Below, piece by piece: positions 38,408 through 47,499 of a stretch of 64,000 nucleotides of DNA (its first letter is position 1; each line of letters opens with the position of its first letter). Below the pieces are notes generated by a model, which was not told the DNA's origin, ran no database searches, and was given only the letters and a program-made list of their open reading frames with translations. The stretch comes from Gemmatimonadota bacterium (lineage in GTDB: Bacteria > Gemmatimonadota > Gemmatimonadetes > Gemmatimonadales > GWC2-71-9). The position numbers and the translations under genes were made by a program. The stretch covers positions 9,880-73,879 of the forward strand of contig JBGQKD010000002.1 in NCBI GenBank assembly GCA_041499375.1, given 5' to 3'.

Positions 38408-38766
38408 GCTTCCTCCTCTTCCAACTCTTCTTCTTCAGGGACGACCGCGGCGGCAACCACCGGCTTCGGCTGCTCTTTCGCGGCTTCGACGCACATGTAC
38501 CGGAGCACACTCTCATCGAGCTTCACCGCGCGCTCGTACTCGGGCAGCAGATCGCCCGCCGCCTGAAACTCGGCGACGACGTAGTAGCCCGTGTCTTTCT
38601 TCTTGACCTTGTACGCCATCGTGCGCTTGCCCCAATGCGACACGTTCGACAGCGTGCCTTTCCCGTCCTTGGTCAGCAGGGCGTGAAAGCGGTTCAATTT
38701 TTCGGTGATTGCCGGCTCGTCCAGGGCACTATCAAAAATGTAGACCGTCTCGTACCGACGATTCAT
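38404..38766 (-). CDS. rpsF: 30S ribosomal protein S6
   Basis: N-terminus [11 protein letters not shown], an acidic C-terminal tail, and a strong SD (GGGAGGTGG) directly upstream. No ssb gene lies between rpsF and rpsR. Confidence 0.95.
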   Translation of the reverse strand: MNRRYETVYIFDSALDEPAITEKLNRFHALLTKDGKGTLSNVSHWGKRTMAYKVKKKDTGYYVVAEFQAAGDLLPEYERAVKLDESVLRYMCVEAAKEQPKPVVAAAVVPEEEELEEEEA

Positions 38767-38880
38767 GCCACCTCCCTTTGGTCATAGGTGACCCGGTGCG
38801 GTGGAAGGCACCGAGTAGGGGATTATGTGAGCGGTAAAGCTAAACGGCGTGTCCAGGCGTGGAAAGGCGTAGTATTGTAA

Positions 38881-39660
38881 ATGATGGCCAGGATACAGCT
38901 CGTGCTTGCCCTTCTTGCACTTGGCTCCGAGCCGACTTCCACGTGGGCTCAGGCGGTCCCCGATACCAGCGCCCGCATTCGCGGCGCGGCGATGTCCGAC
39001 TTCAACGGTCGTCCCCTTGCGGGTGTGATGATTTCGGTGCCCGAAGTCAAGAAGTTCGCGGTGACCGACTCGGACGGGCAGTTTGCGCTCGCCGGCTTGC
39101 CGGCCGGCAAGCGGGCCATCCGCGTGTGGTACGAAGGGCGCGAGACGCCGGACTACGTGTTCACCTTGCAGGGCCAGCAGACGAAACAGATTGCCGTGGT
39201 GCTCGACGTCGATGCCGACGATCTCAATCCGCTCGTCGTGGAAGCGCGGGAACCGAACATCTGGCGCGACCTGGCCGGATTCTACGAGCGGCGGCGGACC
39301 TATGGCGCCTTCGCGCACTTCTTCACGCGCGAAGAGATCACGCGGATGCGGCCCACGCGGCTGAGCGGGCTCCTCACGATCGAGGGCATCGTGACCCGCT
39401 GTTATCAGGACTGTCGCCCCACACGATTCACGCGCGGCAAGCTGTGCGTGGTCCCGGTGAGCGTGGATGGCGTGGCGTTGCGCGAGATGGACTACGATCT
39501 GATCGCGGTGTCGGACGTCGCCGGTGTCGAAGTCTACCGAGGTGTGCCGCCGACCGATCTGAATCATTCCCTGGTGCCGACGGTCGGTTCGTCGATCTGG
39601 ATGGGCTCCGGGCTTTCCGCCGCGGGCTCGTGCGGCCTGGTGGAGATCTGGACGCGTTAG
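38881..39660 (+). CDS. Secreted carboxypeptidase-regulatory-like domain + TonB-receptor plug-like domain protein (no beta-barrel)
   Basis: Signal peptide. CarboxypepD_reg pattern (GRPLAGVMISVPEVKKFAVTDSDGQFALAGLPAG). Plug-like C-terminus (LSGLLTIEGI...VSVDGVAL...DVAGVEVYRG...LVEIWTR). The protein is only 259 aa. Confidence 0.65.
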   Translation: MMARIQLVLALLALGSEPTSTWAQAVPDTSARIRGAAMSDFNGRPLAGVMISVPEVKKFAVTDSDGQFALAGLPAGKRAIRVWYEGRETPDYVFTLQGQQTKQIAVVLDVDADDLNPLVVEAREPNIWRDLAGFYERRRTYGAFAHFFTREEITRMRPTRLSGLLTIEGIVTRCYQDCRPTRFTRGKLCVVPVSVDGVALREMDYDLIAVSDVAGVEVYRGVPPTDLNHSLVPTVGSSIWMGSGLSAAGSCGLVEIWTR

Positions 39661-40760
39661 ATGTTGAAGCGAAATAGCAGAATGTCGCCGTCCTTCACGA
39701 CGTAGTCGCGTCCTTCACTGCGCACCAATCCCTGTTCGCGGGCAGCCTTGTAGCTGCCCGCTTTCACGAACTCCCCAAACCCTACCGTTTCGGCGCGGAT
39801 GAATCCGCGCTGAAAGTCGGAGTGGATCTCGCCTGCCGCGGCGAACGCCGTGTCGCCGCGGTGCATCGTCCACGCGCGCACCTCGTTCTCGCCGACCGTG
39901 AAAAACGTCTGCAGGCCGAGGAGCCGGTAGCCGGCGTGAATCAGCCGGTCCAGTCCCGGCTCGGCGACGCCGGCGCTCGCCAGGAACTCCTTGCGCTCGT
40001 CACCGGATAGCTCGGCCAGCTCCGCTTCGAGCTTGGCGGAGAAGGGCACGATTTCGGCTTCTTCGTGGTGCGTCTGCACCGCCGCGCGCAGTCTCTCGAT
40101 CCATTTCCCGCCGCCCGCGGCGAGGTCGTCTTCGTTGACGTTGGCAGCGTAGAGAATCGGCTTCGCAGTGAGCAGGCCGAGCCGGCGCAGGAACTTGACG
40201 GCGTCCTCGCCTTCCCCGGCTTCGCGGGCGCCGCGGCCGCGATTCAATTCTGCGACGACGCGCTCGAGCAGCACCAGCTCGAGCTGGGCCTCCTTGTCGC
40301 CGGCGCGCGCCGACTTGCGCGTCTTGTCGAGCCGCCGTTCCACCACGGCGAGATCGGCGAGGGCCAGCTCGCTCGTAATGACGTCGTGATCGCGCACCGG
40401 ATCGACGGGCCCCATGACGTGCACCACGTCGGGGTCCTCGAAGGCGCGAATCACGTGCACCACCGCGTCCACTTCGCGGATGTGCGAGAGAAACTGGTTG
40501 CCGAGGCCCTCGCCTTGTGACGCGCCCTTCACCAGGCCGGCGATATCCACGAACTCGACGACCGCCGGGATTTTCTTTTTGGGCTTGACGACCTGGTTGA
40601 GCGTCTCGAGGCGCGGGTCAGGGACCTCGACGACGCCGACGTTGGGCTCGACGGTGCAGAACGGATAGTTCTCCGCCGCCGCGGCTTTCGAGGACGTCAG
40701 CGCATTGAAGAGAGTCGATTTTCCGACGTTGGGCAGTCCGACGATGCCGAGACGCAGCAT
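39657..40760 (-). CDS. ychF: Redox-regulated ATPase YchF
   Basis: G1 motif [12 protein letters not shown], a coiled-coil insert and a C-terminal TGS domain ([11 protein letters not shown]). Confidence 0.95.
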   Translation of the reverse strand: MLRLGIVGLPNVGKSTLFNALTSSKAAAAENYPFCTVEPNVGVVEVPDPRLETLNQVVKPKKKIPAVVEFVDIAGLVKGASQGEGLGNQFLSHIREVDAVVHVIRAFEDPDVVHVMGPVDPVRDHDVITSELALADLAVVERRLDKTRKSARAGDKEAQLELVLLERVVAELNRGRGAREAGEGEDAVKFLRRLGLLTAKPILYAANVNEDDLAAGGGKWIERLRAAVQTHHEEAEIVPFSAKLEAELAELSGDERKEFLASAGVAEPGLDRLIHAGYRLLGLQTFFTVGENEVRAWTMHRGDTAFAAAGEIHSDFQRGFIRAETVGFGEFVKAGSYKAAREQGLVRSEGRDYVVKDGDILLFRFNI

Positions 40761-41293
40761 CAGGTTTTAAGCCACTTGTCGACCGCGTCGATCATTTGCG
40801 GGATCAACGACTCGACCTGTTCCAGCTCTGCGGGTTCGAACGCATTGAGCACGTAGTCCGCCCAGTCGCCCGTCCCCTCGGGCAGCGGACCCACGCCGAT
40901 CCGGAGGCGGGCGTACTGCTGCGATTGCAGCGCGCCCTCGATGCTTTTGAGGCCGTTGTGCCCGCCGGCCGAGCCGTCGGGGCGGAAGCGAAACGTGCCG
41001 AGGGGGATCTGGAAATCGTCGACGAGAATGAGGAGATCGCGAGCCGGCGTGAACGCCGGATCGGCGCGCAGCGACGCCAGTGCTGCGCCGCTGCGGTTCA
41101 TGAAGGTCGTGGGCTTGAGAATGCGCACGGGCACGCCGGCCACCGTGCCTTCCGTCGCGCGCGCCCGCTCGGCGCGACGAAAGGGAGGAAGATTCCAATG
41201 CCGGGCGACGGCGTCGGCCAGGAGAAAGCCGGCATTGTGGCGCGTCGCCGCGTATTCCGGGCCCGGATTCCCCAGGCCGACGACGGCGCGCAA
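40760..41293 (-). CDS. pth: Peptidyl-tRNA hydrolase
   Basis: Motifs VGLGNPGPEYAATRHNAGF and GGHNGLKS. Confidence 0.95.
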   Translation of the reverse strand: MRAVVGLGNPGPEYAATRHNAGFLLADAVARHWNLPPFRRAERARATEGTVAGVPVRILKPTTFMNRSGAALASLRADPAFTPARDLLILVDDFQIPLGTFRFRPDGSAGGHNGLKSIEGALQSQQYARLRIGVGPLPEGTGDWADYVLNAFEPAELEQVESLIPQMIDAVDKWLKT

Positions 41294-41296
41294 AAA

Positions 41297-42016
41297 CTAC
41301 GGCTTCTCTGGGGCCTTCGGAGATTTCTTCTCTTTCTCCTCAGCCGCAGGGGCTGCAGCTTCGCCCTCCGCGCCTTCCTCATCCTCGCGGACCTTGCGGA
41401 TGAGTTCGGGCTCGGCGACCTCGGTCGTGGCCTCAGCGGTCGGCGCGGCGACTTCCTCGGCGCGCGGCGGCACGACGGTCGCGATGGTCAGATCGGCGCC
41501 CGTCAGGATGACGGCGTTGGCGATCGACAGATCCCGCACGTGCAGGGAGTCACCGATCTTGAGCGCGGTGACGTCGAGCTCGACGCGGTCGGGGATGTTT
41601 TCGGGCAGCACTTCGATTTCGACTTCGCGGGTGACCTGATCGAGCACCCCGCCCGCGTTGCGGACGCCGTCGGGCGTGCCCACGAGGCGCACGGGGACCT
41701 TGAGCGTGATCTTCTCACCGCCGCGGATCTCGTAGAAATCGACGTGGATGATGTCGGGGCGGAGCGGATGGCGCTGGATCTCGCGGATCAGCGTCCGGCT
41801 CGTCTTGCCGTCGACGCTGAGCTCGATGAGCGTGCTCGACGGCTCGATGCCGGTGAGCGCTTTTTCCAGCGCGAGGGCGTCCACCATCAGCGTCTGCGTG
41901 GGGCGGCCGTGGCCGTAGATCACGGCCGGAACCTTCTTCTGGAAGCGCGCCTGTCGCGCCGCGCCCTTGCCCGTTTCCTCCCGCACCGTCGCGGAAAGCA
42001 TCACTGTCTGTGCCAT
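41297..42016 (-). CDS. rplY: 50S ribosomal protein L25/general stress protein Ctc
   Basis: N-terminal L25 domain (PAVIYGHG...) and the Ctc-type C-terminal domain, followed by an acidic/lysine-rich tail. Confidence 0.9.
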   Translation of the reverse strand: MAQTVMLSATVREETGKGAARQARFQKKVPAVIYGHGRPTQTLMVDALALEKALTGIEPSSTLIELSVDGKTSRTLIREIQRHPLRPDIIHVDFYEIRGGEKITLKVPVRLVGTPDGVRNAGGVLDQVTREVEIEVLPENIPDRVELDVTALKIGDSLHVRDLSIANAVILTGADLTIATVVPPRAEEVAAPTAEATTEVAEPELIRKVREDEEGAEGEAAAPAAEEKEKKSPKAPEKP

Positions 42017-42028
42017 ACGCTCCTCAAC

Positions 42029-42982
42029 TCAATCGAACAGAGAACTGACCGACTGATTCGAATGTTCATAGCCGATGGCTTTGGCCATCAGGCTGGCGAT
42101 CGACAACACTTTCAGCTTCTCGAACTGCCGATCCTCGGGAATCAGGATCGTATTCGTCACACACACTTCCTCGACCGGCGCGGCGCGCAGCCGCTCGACC
42201 GCCGGGCCCGACAGCAGCGCATGCGTCGCGAACGCGAAGATGCGTCTCGCGCCCAGCCGCCGCAGCGCCGCCGCCGCTTCGGCGATCGTGCCCGCGGTGT
42301 CGATCATGTCGTCGGGGATCAGGACGTCTTTCCCCTCGACTTCGCCGACGACGTTCACGACTTCCGCGATGTTCGCGGACGGGCGCCGCTTGTCGATGAT
42401 CGCGAGCGACGCGTCGAGCCGCTTCGCGAACCCGCGGGCCATCTTTGCCGAGCCGACGTCGGGCGCGACGACGACCGGATCGTGCAGCTGCTTGGTCCGG
42501 TAGTGGCTCACGAACACCGGCGCCGCGTACAGATGGTCCACCGGGATATCGAAGAATCCCTGGACCTGGTGGGAATGAAAATCCATTCCCAGGACGCGGT
42601 CCGCTCCGGCGTGGGTGATCAGGTTCGCCATGAGTTTGGCGCTGATCGCCACGCGCGGTTGATCTTTCCGGTCCTGCCGCGCGTAGCCGAAGTACGGGAG
42701 CACCGCGGTGATGCGGGCGGCGCTCGCGCGCCGCGCCGCGTCGATCAGCAGCAGCAGCTCCATGTAATTTTCCGCCGGCGGATTCGTGGGCTGGATGAGG
42801 AAGACATCCCGCCCGCGCACGTTCTCGTCGATCTTGACGAAGATTTCGCCGTCGGCAAACCGCCGCATCGTCACCGCGCACAGCGGCTGTCCCAAATGCT
42901 GGGCCATCTCCTCGGCGAGGGGCCGGTTGGCCGTGCCGGCGAGGAGCAGCAACTGGCTGCGTGACAGCGCAAGGTCCCGCAT
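42029..42982 (-). CDS. prs: Ribose-phosphate pyrophosphokinase
   Basis: Motifs FADGEI, YFGYARQDRK and the PRPP loop VLIPDDMIDTAGT. ATG 42982 was chosen. The track start at 43036 would leave only 13 nt to the divergent kinase gene. Confidence 0.95.
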   Translation of the reverse strand: MRDLALSRSQLLLLAGTANRPLAEEMAQHLGQPLCAVTMRRFADGEIFVKIDENVRGRDVFLIQPTNPPAENYMELLLLIDAARRASAARITAVLPYFGYARQDRKDQPRVAISAKLMANLITHAGADRVLGMDFHSHQVQGFFDIPVDHLYAAPVFVSHYRTKQLHDPVVVAPDVGSAKMARGFAKRLDASLAIIDKRRPSANIAEVVNVVGEVEGKDVLIPDDMIDTAGTIAEAAAALRRLGARRIFAFATHALLSGPAVERLRAAPVEEVCVTNTILIPEDRQFEKLKVLSIASLMAKAIGYEHSNQSVSSLFD

Positions 42983-43049
42983 CGGGCACAGGAAAGTAGT
43001 CGGCAAGCCGCGTGTCGCCAAGGCCTTACCGCCCACGACCCGGCGCCGT

Positions 43050-44171
43050 ATGCTAGAGCCCGTGGACGACCTTCAGTCGCGGCTCGCCGCTGCACTGGCA
43101 GGCCGCTACACGATTGAGGGCGAGATCGGTCGCGGTGGGATGTCCATCGTGTACCAGGCGCGGGACCTCCGCAACGACCGGTGGGTGGCCCTCAAGGTGC
43201 TGCGGCCGGAGTTCGCTAGCGCGCTCGGTCCCGAGCGCTTCCTGCGCGAAATCAAGGTTGCCGCGGGGCTGACTCACCCGCACATCCTCCCGCTGTTCGA
43301 TTCCGGTGTCGCGGAGGGCCTGCTCTTCTATACGATGCCATACGTCGAGGGGGAGTCCCTCCGCCACCGACTCCTGCGCGAACGGCGGCTGTCCGTTGCG
43401 GATGCCGTCACGATCGCGCGCGACGTCGCCGATGCGCTGGCCTACGCTCACGGCCAGAACATCGTCCATCGCGACATCAAGCCCGAGAACATTCTGCTCG
43501 AAGCGGGCCATCCCGTCGTCAGCGACTTCGGCATTGCGCGCGCAATCAGCGAGGCGAATACGTTGCGCGTGACCGACACGGGCTTCGCCGTAGGGACCGT
43601 GGAGTACATGAGTCCTGAACAGGCGGAAGGAAAGCGCGATCTCGACGGGAGATCGGATATCTACGGGCTCGGGCTGGTTCTGTACGAGATGCTCACCGGC
43701 GAGCACCCGCGGTTGTCGGTTGATGGACCAGTCAAGACGGTCGAGCGCCTTCGTCCCGACGCCCCCGCAGGAATAGGCGCAGTATTGACGCGCGCGCTCG
43801 CCACAGATCCCGCGGGACGGTTCGGGACAGCGGGAGAATTTGCGGAAGCCTTGGCGCGCGTGGGTCCACGGCCGTTCTATGAGCGACGTCGTGTGCAGGT
43901 TGTGGCAGTGCCCGGGCTCGCTCTCGTCGCTCTCGGTGCGTGGTGGCTCATCAGCGGCGGAGTCACGCCGCTCGATGCGAACAAGGTCGTCGTATTCCCG
44001 CTGGCCGAGCGCGGTCGCAGTGGCATCGGGGATCAGGTCGCGCTGATGATTGGAAGCGCGCTGGAGCACACAGAACCGCTCCAATGGGTCGATGGGTGGC
44101 GGTTGCTGGGACCTGAGCAACGCGCGGATATTGCGCAACTCACTCCGAAAATCGCGCGGCGGGTTGCCTGA
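43050..44171 (+). CDS. Ser/Thr protein kinase, N-terminal portion (kinase + TM + first half of periplasmic module), ended by in-frame TGA
   Basis: Hanks kinase motifs GRGGMSIVY, VALK, HRDIKPEN, DFG and SPEQ. TM segment VVAVPGLALVALGAWWLI. The ORF stops at 44169-44171 in the middle of a domain (see findings). Confidence 0.85.
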   Translation: MLEPVDDLQSRLAAALAGRYTIEGEIGRGGMSIVYQARDLRNDRWVALKVLRPEFASALGPERFLREIKVAAGLTHPHILPLFDSGVAEGLLFYTMPYVEGESLRHRLLRERRLSVADAVTIARDVADALAYAHGQNIVHRDIKPENILLEAGHPVVSDFGIARAISEANTLRVTDTGFAVGTVEYMSPEQAEGKRDLDGRSDIYGLGLVLYEMLTGEHPRLSVDGPVKTVERLRPDAPAGIGAVLTRALATDPAGRFGTAGEFAEALARVGPRPFYERRRVQVVAVPGLALVALGAWWLISGGVTPLDANKVVVFPLAERGRSGIGDQVALMIGSALEHTEPLQWVDGWRLLGPEQRADIAQLTPKIARRVA

Positions 44172-44243
44172 GGCGGTGCCGCGCGATTCTTCCTGCAGGG
44201 CTCGATTGTAGAGAATGGGGACTCGGCATCCGTCATTCTTTGG

Positions 44244-45854
44244 TTGACGGATACCAAAACTGGTGGTGACATCGCGCGCGCGAGTGCAAGCGGCTCCACG
44301 CGTGTAAAATCGCTGCCCCAGCTGGGACTGGAAGCGGTGACCGAGATTCTGCCGCGCTTGCTGCCCTCCGGCGGGCGCATCGATCTGTCGATGCTGAGCG
44401 GCCGACGCCCGGCCGCGGTCGCCAACTGGTTGCAGGGGGAGCGTGAGTATCGCTTCTCGAATTTCGGAACCGCGCTGGGCTACTTCCGTCGGGCGGTCGC
44501 GGGGGATTCTGCCCTCGCCGTCGCAGCGTTGCGAGGCGCTCAAGCCGCGTCGTGGGAGAACGTGAATGACGACGAGGCAGCCGCGCTCGTCGCGGTCGCA
44601 TTGAAGAATGCAAAGCTCCTTCCTCAACGTCAGGCCGATTTCGCTCGGGGTCTCTCCGCGTACTTCGCTGGACAGGCGGACTCTGCCGTCACGTGGCTCT
44701 CACACGCGCTGGCGAACTCCCCGGACTGGATAGAAGCGCACATGACATTGGGAGAGACGTACTATCACGAGTTACCCAATGCCGCCGGCCCTCTGGACTC
44801 GCTCGCCGCCGTTGAATTCACGGCGGCTGCTCTGGACTCCGGGTTTTCGCCGCCACGATTTCACCTTGGGGAAATCGCGATTCGTTCCGGCGACCCCAAG
44901 CGGGCGGCAGCGGCGGTCGAGGGTTTTAAGAGAGCCGCTCCCCAAGCCAGTGAGAAACAGGCACAATTGGAATTGATGATGGGCTGTGTGCCGGATCGAC
45001 CACGACCACGCGACTGGCGCAGCCTGGCGCATCAAGAACCCTTCCGGTTGCTCCTCGTCGCTCAGGCGGCCGCGATCGCCGGCGCCCTTCCTGCGTGCGC
45101 GGAGGACGGCTTCCGCGCAATCCTCGGCGATACCGCAATTCCGATGAATCTGCGATGGGGAGCGCTCCTTGGCTTGCAGGGCATTCTGGCCGCGCAGAAC
45201 AGGCTGCGAGAGTTGCGCGCATTGCTCGATTCGACGGTCGCCAGTGGCGTCGAATACGCGAATTGGTTCTATCTGCTGGACGTGGCAGCTGGCATCGATG
45301 TGCGCGAACGTGCCGAGAACGTCATGCATCGTTACGAAACTGGAGCGGCGCGTACTGCGGTTGGACCAAGTGCCCTGTCGCTGATGGGGACCTGGCGCGC
45401 GCAGATCGGCGCCTCAGCCGAGGCGGAGAGCCTCCGCGCTGAGTTGACGAGGGCGTCATCGAAAGCACCTGATGCGAACACGGCGCGCTTCGCGGACGCG
45501 CTTAGTGCCTGGCTGGCGTTGCAGCGTGGCGATTCCGCCGCCGCCTCGCGTCTTCGTGCGGTGCTGGCGACTGCTGGGCGCGACGCTCTGGTGTGGGGAT
45601 TGAGTGAGCCGCTCGCGGCCCACCGCTTGCTTCTGGCACGGTATCTCCTGGAGAAGGGGAAACCTCAGGAGGCTTATGCGGTCGCCTCCGTGATGGATCA
45701 CCCGTCCGCCCTGGCATTTCTGCCGTATTTGCCTGCCAGTCTCGTCCTGCGTCGCGAGGCCGGCAGAGCGATGGGTCGAACAGACGTTGTCGCGCGCTGT
45801 GACGACCGCTTGTCGAAGCTGGGTCGTGTCGATCTACTCGCCGCTCGGCCGTAA
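44244..45854 (+). CDS. TPR-like C-terminal portion of the interrupted kinase gene (same frame as 43050-44171)
   Basis: The frame is open from 44172. The track start at 44244 is a TTG with no SD or signal peptide. The product is helical-repeat/TPR-like throughout. It is most simply read as the 3' part of one gene, possibly a pseudogene. Confidence 0.65.
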   Translation: MTDTKTGGDIARASASGSTRVKSLPQLGLEAVTEILPRLLPSGGRIDLSMLSGRRPAAVANWLQGEREYRFSNFGTALGYFRRAVAGDSALAVAALRGAQAASWENVNDDEAAALVAVALKNAKLLPQRQADFARGLSAYFAGQADSAVTWLSHALANSPDWIEAHMTLGETYYHELPNAAGPLDSLAAVEFTAAALDSGFSPPRFHLGEIAIRSGDPKRAAAAVEGFKRAAPQASEKQAQLELMMGCVPDRPRPRDWRSLAHQEPFRLLLVAQAAAIAGALPACAEDGFRAILGDTAIPMNLRWGALLGLQGILAAQNRLRELRALLDSTVASGVEYANWFYLLDVAAGIDVRERAENVMHRYETGAARTAVGPSALSLMGTWRAQIGASAEAESLRAELTRASSKAPDANTARFADALSAWLALQRGDSAAASRLRAVLATAGRDALVWGLSEPLAAHRLLLARYLLEKGKPQEAYAVASVMDHPSALAFLPYLPASLVLRREAGRAMGRTDVVARCDDRLSKLGRVDLLAARP

Positions 45855-45874
45855 CCAACTTTCGGGAGGAGCCC

Positions 45875-46114
45875 ATGAGATGGAGGCTGCTGGCTGCTGC
45901 ATCAGTCTTGGGAGTGGTGCTTTCGGGGTGCGCCAAGGAATCTGATGTCAAGACGCACGCCGACTCGCTGAATGTCTGGCTGACACACTTGGGCAATGCC
46001 GTATGCCAGTTGGAAAAACGAGATCCTAATCAGGCAACGCTCGACCAATTGAAGGTCCAGTGCCCCGGTGGGTCCGGCGACACACCGAAGCCCCCGCCAT
46101 ACCCGCCGAGATAA
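45875..46114 (+). CDS. Small hypothetical lipoprotein (79 aa)
   Basis: An SD (GGGAGGAG) lies 4 nt upstream of ATG 45875. Signal peptide plus lipobox (VLSGC), two further Cys residues, and a Pro-rich tail. Confidence 0.55.
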   Translation: MRWRLLAAASVLGVVLSGCAKESDVKTHADSLNVWLTHLGNAVCQLEKRDPNQATLDQLKVQCPGGSGDTPKPPPYPPR

Positions 46115-46137
46115 CGCAAGCCTCAAGGACTTCGCGG

Positions 46138-46163
46138 CTCGCCCGCGCTCGCGCGCGGGCGAG
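46138..46163. terminator. GC-rich hairpin between convergent genes (candidate bidirectional terminator)
   Basis: CTCGCCCGCGC (46138-46148), loop TCGC, GCGCGGGCGAG (46153-46163): a perfect 11-bp stem. It lies 24 nt after the plus-strand stop and 14 nt after the minus-strand stop. There is no U-tract. Confidence 0.4.
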
Positions 46164-46176
46164 TCGCTGGCGGGTA

Positions 46177-47499
46177 TCAGGGGAAGGTTAGTCTCAACCG
46201 AAGCACCTGCTCGCCACCGGCCGCGGATAGTCCGACCATGAGGAAACGGCACACGCCCCCCGGGATTGTCAGCCGCGCGCTTTGCCGTCGGATTGCCGTC
46301 GCGTCGGTGGCGCTGTTCTCGAGCAACCCAAGCCCGACGGTATCCAGGCCAAACTGCACGCGAAAGATCGACGGGCGAAAGTCGCTTCTCGTGACCTGAA
46401 GGTCGGCGAGGCGACTGGGCGGCACGGTCAGTCCCGCAAGGACGAAGCGACCGTTAGAACCGGTTACGACGGTGGTTGCGGTCCCGACAACGCTGACGGT
46501 CGCACCGCTCAACGGCTGCTCGCGACTATCGACGACGTATCCGCTGATTGTCGCGGGACTCGAGACAGCGGGCAGACTGGCGGGAGGGCATTCGAACCAG
46601 CGGAGCGACGGCACGAGCGACCCCGTTGCCCAAACGCTTGCGGTCACCGTCAGCGCGCTAGCCGGTTCGAGGCGGAAGAAACCGGTGGTATCGCCGCGCC
46701 GGTCTGGTAACATCAGGAAGTGGAGGCTCGGGAACGAATCGCTGACACGAGCCGCCGAATCAGGTGGGCTCGATTTGTATGCCGGAGGGATGATTCGCAG
46801 CGGCAGCACCTGAGTCATTTCTTGCTGGCCCACTCGCGTGACCGCAAGCGCGTACTCGCCCACCGCACCTGCCGTCACAAAATCCATCGAATCGGGCAGC
46901 CAGCGACGTATCACGAGACTGTCGGCGAATGGAGACCCGCGCAGTGACACGGACTCATCGCCATTCCATGGCAGCCCGCCAGTCTGCTTGACCCGCACCG
47001 TATCACCAAAGTGAGTCGTTGTCCTGCTCACAGTTCCACCGAATCGGCCATTCTCCTTCAAGGCAAGAGCTGCATCGATCACGCTAATGACGTCAACTCT
47101 ATATCCGCGTGGGACGGCAGAGGCCCGCGCCCGCCGCAGCGCGTCGAGCGCTCTCCCGGTCCCGATGTCGGCGAGCGAGAGCGCCGCCCTCTTCTGATAC
47201 TTCGCGATGTAGTTGGCGCGCAGCCTTGCGATGTAGTCGGCCCGCGGGATCGAAGGCGTTGCCAGGTCGGTGTACGCCTGCTCGAATTGGGCCTGCTTGT
47301 TCGCCAGGCGGCCTGGTGACGGTCCGATGAGCGCCTGATCCAACGTATGCACCGCCTTGTCGCCGATCGCCTTCACCGAGTCCCGTTCTCCAGCGACGCA
47401 ATCATCACACAGCAACCAGCCATCAATCGTTGAATACTCTTTGGGTGAGAGGCGACAACCGACCACGGCTAGGAGGAGTAACGCGGCGAATGCCCTCAT
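46177..47499 (-). CDS. Hypothetical lipoprotein with HEAT-like N-terminal repeats and a carboxypeptidase-regulatory-like domain
   Basis: ATG 47499 forms an ATGA overlap with the upstream stop. Lipobox LLLLAVVGC. CarboxypepD_reg pattern ISGYVVDSREQPLSGATVSVVGTATTVVTGSNGRFVLAGL. Confidence 0.6.
   Translation of the reverse strand: MRAFAALLLLAVVGCRLSPKEYSTIDGWLLCDDCVAGERDSVKAIGDKAVHTLDQALIGPSPGRLANKQAQFEQAYTDLATPSIPRADYIARLRANYIAKYQKRAALSLADIGTGRALDALRRARASAVPRGYRVDVISVIDAALALKENGRFGGTVSRTTTHFGDTVRVKQTGGLPWNGDESVSLRGSPFADSLVIRRWLPDSMDFVTAGAVGEYALAVTRVGQQEMTQVLPLRIIPPAYKSSPPDSAARVSDSFPSLHFLMLPDRRGDTTGFFRLEPASALTVTASVWATGSLVPSLRWFECPPASLPAVSSPATISGYVVDSREQPLSGATVSVVGTATTVVTGSNGRFVLAGLTVPPSRLADLQVTRSDFRPSIFRVQFGLDTVGLGLLENSATDATAIRRQSARLTIPGGVCRFLMVGLSAAGGEQVLRLRLTFP

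Noticed and set aside
38767-38880. 114-nt divergent gap upstream of rpsF as a possible small RNA (SRP-like GGAAGG/CCAGG strings)
   Set aside because: It is too short and lacks the conserved SRP helix-8 motif. It is more simply the promoter, 5' UTR and strong SD for rpsF plus the divergent gene.
40796-42964. 722-aa plus-strand ORF spanning the antisense of pth, the L25 gene and prs
   Set aside because: It crosses three well-supported minus-strand genes and their intergenic gaps, and its composition is Arg/Asp/Gly low-complexity.
44169-44171. In-frame TGA as a selenocysteine codon
   Set aside because: I see no stem-loop resembling a bacterial SECIS element immediately downstream. The aligned position in paralogs is an ordinary loop residue, not a redox Cys. 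No selA/selB/selD genes lie in the window. Pseudogene, error or readthrough are more likely.
43053-44627. 524-aa minus-strand ORF antisense to the first kinase
   Set aside because: A shadow ORF. The plus strand carries a complete set of Hanks kinase motifs.
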